Below, one piece after another: positions 35,553 to 43,369 of a stretch of DNA of 64,000 nucleotides. A program made the translations under genes and the position numbers. Under the pieces are notes generated by a model. It saw only the letters and a program-made list of their open reading frames with translations. It had not been told where the DNA came from and did not search any database. How positions within the stretch are numbered: the stretch's first letter is position 1; each line of letters starts with the position of its first letter. This DNA is from a virus (Duplodnaviria > Caudoviricetes). The stretch spans positions 21,299-85,298 of the IMG/VR virus record IMGVR_UViG_2687453531_000003; one strand, written 5' to 3'.

Positions 35553-35842
35553 TGCATGCACTCCATGTGGTCCAGCAGGTCCAACTGGTTGGTTGCGGCC
35601 GCGAGGTCGCGGTGTGCCAGTTGACGGGTTTTCGAAGGTGCCATGGGGAGCACCAGCAGTGGCCGCTCGAGGCCCGAGGGGCTGAGCTGGTAGTCCCAGC
35701 TCAGGGAGCCGGTGAAGGTGGCGCCGCAGAGCGCGTTTGTGCATTGCGCGTACATCGAGCGGAAGCACGGGGTCTGGCCTTCGGAGGAGCGGATTCGCAT
35801 CCGGCTGTGGCAGCAGGGGCAGACTAGCTTGTAGACGCTCAC
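35549..35842 (-). CDS. ogr: Ogr/Delta-like zinc-finger late activator
   Basis: CPCCHSRMRIRSS...YAQCTNALCGATF. Confidence 0.9.
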   Translation of the reverse strand: MSVYKLVCPCCHSRMRIRSSEGQTPCFRSMYAQCTNALCGATFTGSLSWDYQLSPSGLERPLLVLPMAPSKTRQLAHRDLAAATNQLDLLDHMECMQ

Positions 35843-36309
35843 GCCTTGACCCTCCTGTGCAGGGTGATCACTGCGCCGACCTCGGCGTGCCGTGCGGCCA
35901 GGTGTTGGCGGTGAGCGACTATGATTTCAGCGAGTTCGGCTTCGTCGATCTCACCATCGCGCAGCGCCTCGGCGATGATGCGGTCGACTTCTCCACGCTT
36001 GATGGCGGTGGCGACGCCCCTCGCGTACAGGTCGAGGTTGTCCAACTGGGCTGGGTCGGGCATCTGCACGAACATGCCGCCATACAGGTGTGCGACGTAC
36101 TCGGGGAAGTGGCTGGTGCCGGTTTCCTGCTCAAGCAAGCGCAACTGGTCGTCGCTGAGGGGCTTGCTTCCGGCGTTCTCGTAGGCGTGGTTGTCGAACT
36201 TCTTCAGGTCGAGGCCCAGGCGGGCGGCGGCGCATTCACGACCACCGGGGTAGGCGCCGATGATCGCGCTGACCACTTGGCGCCGCGTTTCTAGGAGCGG
36301 GCGTTTCAT
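35839..36309 (-). CDS. CII-like regulatory protein
   Basis: AYPGGRECAAARLG N-terminal HTH; LRDGEIDEAE motif. Confidence 0.7.
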   Translation of the reverse strand: MKRPLLETRRQVVSAIIGAYPGGRECAAARLGLDLKKFDNHAYENAGSKPLSDDQLRLLEQETGTSHFPEYVAHLYGGMFVQMPDPAQLDNLDLYARGVATAIKRGEVDRIIAEALRDGEIDEAELAEIIVAHRQHLAARHAEVGAVITLHRRVKA

Positions 36310-36338
36310 CTTCTGGTGTCCCCCCAGTGCAGTGGCCA

Positions 36339-36551
36339 TTACTGTGCGATCACGCCGTCTTTGATGCCGAGTAGTACAGCCGCGCGATGGGCTTCGCCGC
36401 GCAGGCACTTCTTCTGCCGGTTGAGGACGGCGTACACGGTCGAGGGGGTGAGGTTGTTCTTCACCGCCCATTGCCTGGCCGAAAGCCCTTGGCTCGCCAG
36501 ATGCTGGCGCGCTTTCTCGCACGCTTGCTCGGTGGGGTAGGCGTTGTGCAT
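36339..36551 (-). CDS. Cox/Cro-like DNA-binding protein
   Basis: 70 aa HTH, RGEAHRAAVLLGIK; divergent from the repressor. Confidence 0.8.
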   Translation of the reverse strand: MHNAYPTEQACEKARQHLASQGLSARQWAVKNNLTPSTVYAVLNRQKKCLRGEAHRAAVLLGIKDGVIAQ

Positions 36552-36635
36552 AGTCTCGTTTCGTGTGATTTCGTGTGAATGTATGTGCAGTCTTTCCTAC
36601 GAATGATGGAAAGTCAAGCGCATTTGGAGACGTAT
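36552..36635. promoter_or_regulatory. Lysis-lysogeny switch region
   Basis: TTTCGTGTGA direct repeat x2 (36559-36578); CTTTCC-N10-GGAAAG palindrome (36592-36613); minus-strand TTGACT at 36612-36617. Confidence 0.6.
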
Positions 36636-36977
36636 GTGGGAATCGGAGAACGGCTGAAGGAGGAGCGGGAACGGCTGGGCATGAACCAGACGGACTTTGC
36701 TGCCCAGTTGAATGTGTCGAAGAACAGCCAATACAACTACGAAAAAGGGGAACGTAGCCCTGATGCTTTGTATCTCTCTGCGGCCGATGCGTTTGGGGTT
36801 GATGTTCTTTACGTGATAACTGGCAGGCGACTTCCTGCCGAACTCGATGCTCTCAGCCAGAGCGAGTTGGATGTACTGGGGTACATGACATCTATGGACG
36901 AGGCGGATCGAGCTGCCTACGTGCGGATGGGGCGCGCGCTCTCTAAAGCCGCTGCAACACGTCCTACGAAGAAATGA
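36636..36977 (+). CDS. XRE-family immunity repressor
   Basis: IGERLKEERERLGMNQTDFA...YEKGERSPDALYL; short helical CTD, no S24 peptidase; start uncertain. Confidence 0.88.
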   Translation: MGIGERLKEERERLGMNQTDFAAQLNVSKNSQYNYEKGERSPDALYLSAADAFGVDVLYVITGRRLPAELDALSQSELDVLGYMTSMDEADRAAYVRMGRALSKAAATRPTKK

Positions 36978-37126
36978 GACGTATCGCTGTCGAGTAGGAA
37001 ATTCGTTAGGGGGAGGCTTCGTTGCGTCTGCTTTTCGGGCGTCAACCTATGTGAACAATGGGGTACTCCCAGGCTGCTGGCACGGTGGCATGATGTCGCC
37101 GGGTGGCCTGTCTAAGGAGTAGACCT

Positions 37127-37243
37127 ATGGATAAGCCCATCGATCCTGTCGTGCTCACCGCTCTTCTGATCTGCCTGAGTCAGATGAGTGAGCAGGACCA
37201 ACTGGACCTGCTGCGGTTGGCATGCGCTTTCCGGGATCGTTGA
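37127..37243 (+). CDS. 38-aa peptide resembling the repressor C-terminal domain (not in ORF track)
   Basis: TAAGGAG RBS; MDKPIDPVVLTALLICLSQMSEQDQLDLLRLACAFRDR*. Confidence 0.65.
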   Translation: MDKPIDPVVLTALLICLSQMSEQDQLDLLRLACAFRDR

Positions 37244-37295
37244 CTGAACGGGTCTTCGGCGGTAGCCGAAGGCCCCACTGTGAAGAGAGGGACGT

Positions 37296-37646
37296 ATGAA
37301 CTGGCTCAAGGGAACGGCCGCTGCGGTTGGACTGATGGTTTCATGTGCTGTGGCGGCGGATTCGGCTGCCCAGGTCGAACTGATGGACAACCTGCATCAG
37401 AGGATGCTGGACGCGTTGCAGGCATCGAGCGTTGACCAGGTGACGGAGGTGTTTGGAGATCTGGATCGGTACCGCCCTGGTATCCGTAGCACCGCCAGTG
37501 AAACCTGTTTCAAGGCCTATGAGGCTTTAGGGTGGGTCTTGTCTGATTTGATGGTGCAAGCCGATATGGAAGAGCCACTGCCTGAACTTAAGGGTCACCA
37601 GCAGGATTATGAGCGGAAGCGCTTGGCCTGTGCTGCCGACGCGTGA
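37296..37646 (+). CDS. Exported hypothetical protein
   Basis: Signal peptide ending AVAA; helical mature part with two Cys. Confidence 0.7.
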   Translation: MNWLKGTAAAVGLMVSCAVAADSAAQVELMDNLHQRMLDALQASSVDQVTEVFGDLDRYRPGIRSTASETCFKAYEALGWVLSDLMVQADMEEPLPELKGHQQDYERKRLACAADA

Positions 37647-37711
37647 CTAGACATGAATGGGCAAGACACTCTAGCTTTAATAGGTAGAGTTTTCAATGGA
37701 GTGTGAAATCA

Positions 37712-39694
37712 ATGAATGATGAAGTGCAGGAGCAGCCGCTCAAGCTAGAAATTGATTTAAATGTTTTGAATCATTTAGGTATTAATCTCTATAGCAATAC
37801 TCCGGCCGTGCTTACAGAGATTGTTGCAAATGCTTGGGATGCAGATGCTACAAGCGTTGATGTGGTTATTGATAGTGGATCAAATACTATTACCATTACC
37901 GATGATGGGATCGGTATGGATTACTCTGATTTGAAGACGAAATTTCTTACTGTAGGCTACCCCCGAAGAGATCATGGCGAGACCCGGACACCAAGTGGCC
38001 GTCAGTGCATGGGGCGAAAAGGTATCGGAAAGTTGGCAATGTTTTCTTTGGCAAAGAACATAGTTGTTGTAACTAGGAAGAAGGGGGGTAGTCCTTATGG
38101 ATTGACTTTCTCTGTTGAAGAGCTTAAGGAAAAAATAAAAGATAAGAAGGAATATGTTCCCGAAAGGATTTCTGACTTTTCCTCATATATTATGCCTGTA
38201 AGTGGGACGATTATTAAGCTTATTGATCTTCAGCAGCGGGTCAATAAGACGGAGTCTTTTCTTCGTCGTCGGATTGCTCGTCGTTTCAGTGTTATTGGTG
38301 CGGCTAATAATTTTAATGTTCGGGTGAATAAAGTGCCGATAGGTCTGTCTGATAGAGAGTTCTATCCAGACATTCAGTTTCTTTGGACTTTTGGTGATGA
38401 AAGGAAAGCAGAGGTCGCTAAGGCGGCGTGTAGAAACTTGAAAGATAAATACCATCGACATTTTGAGGGTGTGACATCCGGTGGGATGGCGGTAGATGGG
38501 TTTATTGGAAGTGTGGTTAAGCCTGAGCAGTTAAAGAAGGATGGTGATAATAATAATACCATAACTTTATTGGCGAATGGGCGACTTTTTGAGGAGGACT
38601 TGCAGAAGCGTATTGATGACTCGAAGGTCTTCAATAGCTATCTGGTAGGCGAGTTGGAGGTCAATGATCTTGATTTGAATGATCGTCCAGATATAGCAGT
38701 TAGTAGCCGCCAAGGCGTGCAGGAAGATGATCCACGTTACCAGGACTTTGTTGGCTACATAAAGTCTAGGCTAAGCGATATCGCTGCGAATTGGGATACT
38801 TGGCGGCGGGAGGTTGGTGGTGCCCAGATGGTCGCTGAATTTCCCAAACTTCAAGATTGGCTTGATACTTTGTCGCCGAGGCTCAGGTCGAAAGCGCAGC
38901 AGTTAATAAATAAGATCAACACAATTCGTTTCAATGGAAGTGAAGAGTATCAGAAGATTCAAAGGCGTGAAGTGGTTAAGGCACAGGTTTTAGCTTTCGA
39001 AAAGTTGCGGCTTCAAGATAATCTGGATGCTATTGCCAATATTGATGTTGAGCGCAATGTGTCTGAGTTTCGGGAAATCATGATAACTGTGGAGGATCTT
39101 GAAGCGTCGCTCCATAGAGATATAATTTCTCAGCGCCTGGCTGTTATAAAAAAGCTTGATGATGACCAGCGTAATAAAGTTCGCGAGGTGGTTGTGCAGG
39201 AGCATATTTACAACCACCTATGGCTGGTAGACTCTAAGTGGGAGTACAAGGAAAGTGCCACTGATTGGGAGCTTCGATTGACAGAGCACCTGCGAGCAGC
39301 TTGCCCTGACACAACAGAAGGGGCTCGACTCGATATCGGCTACAGGACTACAGCTGGGCGATATATCGTGATAGAGCTAAAAAAACCAGGCTTGAGCGTG
39401 ACGGCAAGCTCGCTACTTGATCAAGGTGAGAAATATGTCATAGCTTTGGGTGAATATTTCGAAAAAAATCCAGAGTCATCGCCGATTCAAGGGCAGATCC
39501 CATCTATTGATGTTGTGTTTATTGTTGATAAAGCTCCTCGTTTACATGATCTACAGAAGGGGAGGCTTAGGAACATGAATGGTCGTATAACTACTTATCG
39601 TGATCTTGTGGTTCAAGCCAATTTAGCCTACGAAGATTACCTTCAGGCTTCACGTAAGGTGGGGCGTATCAGGGAGATCATTGAAAATATCTAA
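37712..39694 (+). CDS. GHKL-ATPase plus PD-(D/E)xK nuclease, probable restriction endonuclease (HgiDII-like)
   Basis: EIVANAWDADA, DDGIGM, GRKGIGKLA, GT; C-terminal RLDI...VIELKKP; low GC. Confidence 0.82.
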   Translation: MNDEVQEQPLKLEIDLNVLNHLGINLYSNTPAVLTEIVANAWDADATSVDVVIDSGSNTITITDDGIGMDYSDLKTKFLTVGYPRRDHGETRTPSGRQCMGRKGIGKLAMFSLAKNIVVVTRKKGGSPYGLTFSVEELKEKIKDKKEYVPERISDFSSYIMPVSGTIIKLIDLQQRVNKTESFLRRRIARRFSVIGAANNFNVRVNKVPIGLSDREFYPDIQFLWTFGDERKAEVAKAACRNLKDKYHRHFEGVTSGGMAVDGFIGSVVKPEQLKKDGDNNNTITLLANGRLFEEDLQKRIDDSKVFNSYLVGELEVNDLDLNDRPDIAVSSRQGVQEDDPRYQDFVGYIKSRLSDIAANWDTWRREVGGAQMVAEFPKLQDWLDTLSPRLRSKAQQLINKINTIRFNGSEEYQKIQRREVVKAQVLAFEKLRLQDNLDAIANIDVERNVSEFREIMITVEDLEASLHRDIISQRLAVIKKLDDDQRNKVREVVVQEHIYNHLWLVDSKWEYKESATDWELRLTEHLRAACPDTTEGARLDIGYRTTAGRYIVIELKKPGLSVTASSLLDQGEKYVIALGEYFEKNPESSPIQGQIPSIDVVFIVDKAPRLHDLQKGRLRNMNGRITTYRDLVVQANLAYEDYLQASRKVGRIREIIENI

Positions 39695-40124
39695 GAAGAG
39701 TCGGCTCTTACTCTCCCGGTCATCCATTATGAAGAGGGTCGGGAGAGAGAATACTAAGCCTGAGCTAAAAGTTCGAGCTAAACTGCACGTGCTGGGCCTA
39801 AGGTTCCGGTTACATAGACGAGACTTGCCAGGCACTCCTGATATCGTCTTAACGAAACACCGAACGGTGATTTTCGTTCATGGTTGTTTTTGGCATCGCC
39901 ATTTAGGATGCCGATATGCAACCACGCCCAAGACACGTCAGGAGTATTGGATTCCTAAATTCGAGGCCAATATTACGCGTGACGTACGAAAAGAGGCCCA
40001 ACTACGAGAGCTGGGCTGGCGAGTATTGGTTATCTGGGAGTGTGAAACCAGGGACTTGCCTGTACTGGAAGCACGGCTTAGGCGCGAATTCGACCTTCTG
40101 CCTGAAGCGCCTCGTACTCTCTGA
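39681..40124 (+). CDS. vsr: Very short patch repair endonuclease
   Basis: NTKPEL, LPGTPDIV, FVHGCFWHRH, GWRVLVIWEC. Confidence 0.93.
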   Translation: MKISKKSRLLLSRSSIMKRVGRENTKPELKVRAKLHVLGLRFRLHRRDLPGTPDIVLTKHRTVIFVHGCFWHRHLGCRYATTPKTRQEYWIPKFEANITRDVRKEAQLRELGWRVLVIWECETRDLPVLEARLRREFDLLPEAPRTL

Positions 40125-41139
40125 CATGATTCATTAGGCTTTCACCGATAACTTCTCCAAGGCGTACCGGCACGGCGTTACCTATCATTCGACCTACGGC
40201 CTTGAAGGTGATCTTTTCTGGCTCTAGAAATACATAATCATCGGGGAACGATTGTAGGATCGCTGCTTCGCGCAAAGATATCGCTCGATTTTGAGTTGGG
40301 TGGCCGAATCGACCGTTCCCGAATCCGTAGCAAAGCGTGGTCATGGTCGGACTCGGTTGATCGCCACGCATGCGTCCATACACGCTGGCGTAGGTCATTC
40401 CGCTTTCTTTACGATGGCAGGGCGCTCTGAGTTCAGGCTCCCAGTCCCTCCAAGTGCCGCCCGGCTTCGAATTGACGATTCGCTTGAAGTTGAGAGGAGT
40501 AAGCGTTGCTGCTCTATGCAATGGATCGTTAGGGTCGCACTGTCCGGCCGCTATTTGGGGTAAGTGGCCAATGACACTGTCGACCGTCACGGGCTCATCA
40601 CGATGGGTAGGAGGTATGAGCTCAATAGGTATGCCCAGTCTCGAAGCTAGTAGAACGTGTCGGCGACGTTTCTGTGGTAATCCGTAATCCACACAAGAAA
40701 CGCGGCCATCCCAGATCTCGTAGCCTTTATCCACCATGCTTTTCACGAAGTCGTGATAGACCTGATGCTTAGTGACGTCGGGTACGTTCTCCATCGTAAC
40801 GAGGTGAGGGTCGGTTTCTTCGATCAGGCGTGCGAAGTGATACAGTAGTGGCCATTTGCGATCGCTTCGGGTGTCACGCCCTTGGTTGTAGGTTGAGAAT
40901 GGTTGACAGGGAGCACAGCCAGCAAGAAGTCTGTACTGCCCAGGACGGTACCAAGCGAGCAACTGCTCGGCAGTCACGTCCTTCACGTCGCTGGCGATGA
41001 ACGATGCGCGATTGTTCTCGCAATAGGCATACTCGCATTGGGCCTCAATGTCGTAGCCAGCTCGAACGGAAATGCCAGCATTGAGCATGCCAGCGGTCAG
41101 GCCGCCAGCACCACAGAAAAGGTCAACTGCATCGATCAT
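40078..41139 (-). CDS. dcm: DNA cytosine-C5 methyltransferase (M.HgiDII-like)
   Basis: DLFCGAGG, GCAPCQPFS, ENV, QKRRR, IGNAVP. Confidence 0.95.
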   Translation of the reverse strand: MIDAVDLFCGAGGLTAGMLNAGISVRAGYDIEAQCEYAYCENNRASFIASDVKDVTAEQLLAWYRPGQYRLLAGCAPCQPFSTYNQGRDTRSDRKWPLLYHFARLIEETDPHLVTMENVPDVTKHQVYHDFVKSMVDKGYEIWDGRVSCVDYGLPQKRRRHVLLASRLGIPIELIPPTHRDEPVTVDSVIGHLPQIAAGQCDPNDPLHRAATLTPLNFKRIVNSKPGGTWRDWEPELRAPCHRKESGMTYASVYGRMRGDQPSPTMTTLCYGFGNGRFGHPTQNRAISLREAAILQSFPDDYVFLEPEKITFKAVGRMIGNAVPVRLGEVIGESLMNHVREYEALQAEGRIRA

Positions 41140-41173
41140 GGGGTTGTCTTCTTTGAAACGAGGTGCATTTTAG

Positions 41174-41519
41174 TCATCGGGCGAGCCATGTCGAGTGCGG
41201 AGTTGACTGGTTCGGAAATGCCCAGCCGTCCTGCAATCGCAAAATCAGCTCATCTTTGAGAATGACATCGGACGGGAAGTCGATGATCTCGAAGCCTACT
41301 AAGCTGGTGACGCCTGGTTTCGGGTATTCAATGATCTGTACGTCCCATCTGAACCATCCGTGAACGGTTTCGAGGTTGAACGGGATGATGACTTTCGCCC
41401 ACGCGTCCCGGAGCGTTCAATCTCGTAGGCTTCCAGTTCTTCGAGATCGTCTGTCGGAAGGAGTACTCGACGCCTCCGTGAATGTAGCTGCCATCGGCAC
41501 ATCTTTCGATCCAGTACAT
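41174..41519 (-). pseudogene. Probable frameshifted hypothetical gene
   Basis: RBS plus MYWIERCADGSYIHGG...RLNA; protein-like RDAWAKVIIPFNLETVHGWFRWDVQIIEYP...* continues in another frame after about 41410. Confidence 0.4.
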
Positions 41520-41631
41520 GGCCTTCTTCCTTGTGCATTCGACATGCGCGATGATCGATCACGCTTGTCTTTGAGTCAACCTCAGAGATAGAGCTGCAGA
41601 GCTAGAAGGGGCGGCCCCCATTACTGGTGCG

Positions 41632-42927
41632 CTACCACTGCATTTGGCTTACCGGATGGACGTGCGCCTGTAGTCGTCCCCATTCTCGATCAATAGCCCG
41701 CTTCGCGCTGGCCTTGGTGCTGTACAGGTAGTGCAGGCGGCGCGGCTTGCTCTGGTCCCCCGCGGTGATGGTCTTCTCCGTCCCGCTCTTCTCGTCACGG
41801 TAGTAGGCGATGATGCCGGTGTAGTCGCCGCCGGTGTCGTCGGCCAGGTCGCTGACCAGGTCCTCGGGCAGCTTGCTTTCCAGCTCCAGGCTGGTGATGT
41901 AGCCGCCGTCGGCGCTGAGGCTGTGCTGCACATTGCCGCCGTACCAGATGATCGCGTCTATCTCCGTCTTCACGCCCTGCAGGGTGTAGGTCAGCTCCGG
42001 GATCAGGTCCGCCCGGCCTCTGGCGAGCACGTAGCTGAGCGTGGCGCTGCCACGCTGCAGGCGGTTCCACTCGGCGCGGGCAGCGCGCAGGGCGCTCTGG
42101 CGGTCGCTGTAGGTGTGGCGCAGGTCCTTCAGGTTGTCGCCCTTGGCACCGGCGATGGCCTCTTGCTTCTTCGCGCTGTTCACGTCGTAGAAGTACGCGC
42201 GCACGCCGTCGTAGCTGTCGCGGTCGGCCTGCAGGTAGCGGTGCTGGTCGCCATCCTGGCGGGTGAGGATGATGTGCGGCAGCGCCAGGCCGCTGGCAGT
42301 CTTGCCGCCGCCGGCCGGCAGGCAGAGCAGGCAGCCGGCTTTCACGGTGGCCACCGCATCGAAGTCCTCGCCCAGGCGGGTCAGCAGGTTGGCGTCTGAC
42401 TCGTTGGCCTGGTCCAGTTGCAGGATCGGCAGGCCCGCCAGCGCCGGCGCGAGCACCGGCTTCAGGTTGTTGCCGAGGGCAATGTCGGTGAGCACGTCGC
42501 CCAACGTCTTCGGGCTGCTCCAGCTGCGCTCGCGCTTGACCTTCAGTCCCTTGCGCAGGTCTGCCGAGCGGGCGCGGATGCTGAGCACGTCCGGCGCGCC
42601 GCTGTGCTCGGTTTCGTCGACGGTGTAGGTGCCCTTGTCGACCAGTCCGCTGTCACTCCAGCCCAGCCAGAGGTGCAGCACGGCGCCGCGCGGGGGGATC
42701 GCGAGCAGCCCGTCATGATCGCTGAGTGTCACGCTCAACTGATCGGCCTCGAGGCCGCGATTGTCCGTCAGGTCCAGTGCGATCAGTCGTGGGCTGATGA
42801 GCTGGGCGATGTCGTTGCCGTCGACCGTGAGCCGGAACACCGGCACCGGGTAGCCGGCGTCGCGCTGCAGCTGCTCGACTGCGCTGGTCAGGTAGCCCGT
42901 TACGCGGGCGAGGGCGGCATCGATCAC
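41632..42927 (-). CDS. P2 gpD late control/tail hub protein
   Basis: DNRGLEADQL, DQANESDANLLTRL. Confidence 0.9.
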   Translation of the reverse strand: MIDAALARVTGYLTSAVEQLQRDAGYPVPVFRLTVDGNDIAQLISPRLIALDLTDNRGLEADQLSVTLSDHDGLLAIPPRGAVLHLWLGWSDSGLVDKGTYTVDETEHSGAPDVLSIRARSADLRKGLKVKRERSWSSPKTLGDVLTDIALGNNLKPVLAPALAGLPILQLDQANESDANLLTRLGEDFDAVATVKAGCLLCLPAGGGKTASGLALPHIILTRQDGDQHRYLQADRDSYDGVRAYFYDVNSAKKQEAIAGAKGDNLKDLRHTYSDRQSALRAARAEWNRLQRGSATLSYVLARGRADLIPELTYTLQGVKTEIDAIIWYGGNVQHSLSADGGYITSLELESKLPEDLVSDLADDTGGDYTGIIAYYRDEKSGTEKTITAGDQSKPRRLHYLYSTKASAKRAIDREWGRLQAHVHPVSQMQW

Positions 42928-43364
42928 AGGATGCGTCTCAGCAGGTTGCCGGCGGTACCGAGGACCGAGCCGAGCAGATCGGTGCGGCCGTCGTCGATGC
43001 GCTTGAGCTCGAGGGAGAACTCGATCCGCCGCGGGGTGCCGTCGGCGAAGAAGAGTGTCCGCGTCTCGGTGACGCGCTCGATCACCCACAGGCCGTAGAT
43101 GCGTCCGGTGCCCTCGACCATGGGCCAGGCCGACCCGGTGTCAGCCATCTGCCGCAGCACGTCCAGGCTCAACGCGCTGCCGGCCAGCTCCGGCAGTAGC
43201 ACGCCGGGCAGGGTGATCGCGTCGTCGCCGCGGCCGACGAACTGGCGCGCCGGCTGGGCACCGATGCGGCTGCTGCTGGCGTGCCGCCACTCGGTCTGTC
43301 GCTGGAACTCCTGATAGGCCAGCGTGTGCAGGCTGAAGACGAACATCCCGAGGGACAGCATCAT
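42924..43364 (-). CDS. P2 gpU tail protein
   Basis: MMLSLGMFVFSL...DGTPRRIEFSL. Confidence 0.9.
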   Translation of the reverse strand: MMLSLGMFVFSLHTLAYQEFQRQTEWRHASSSRIGAQPARQFVGRGDDAITLPGVLLPELAGSALSLDVLRQMADTGSAWPMVEGTGRIYGLWVIERVTETRTLFFADGTPRRIEFSLELKRIDDGRTDLLGSVLGTAGNLLRRIL

Positions 43365-43369
43365 GGTGG

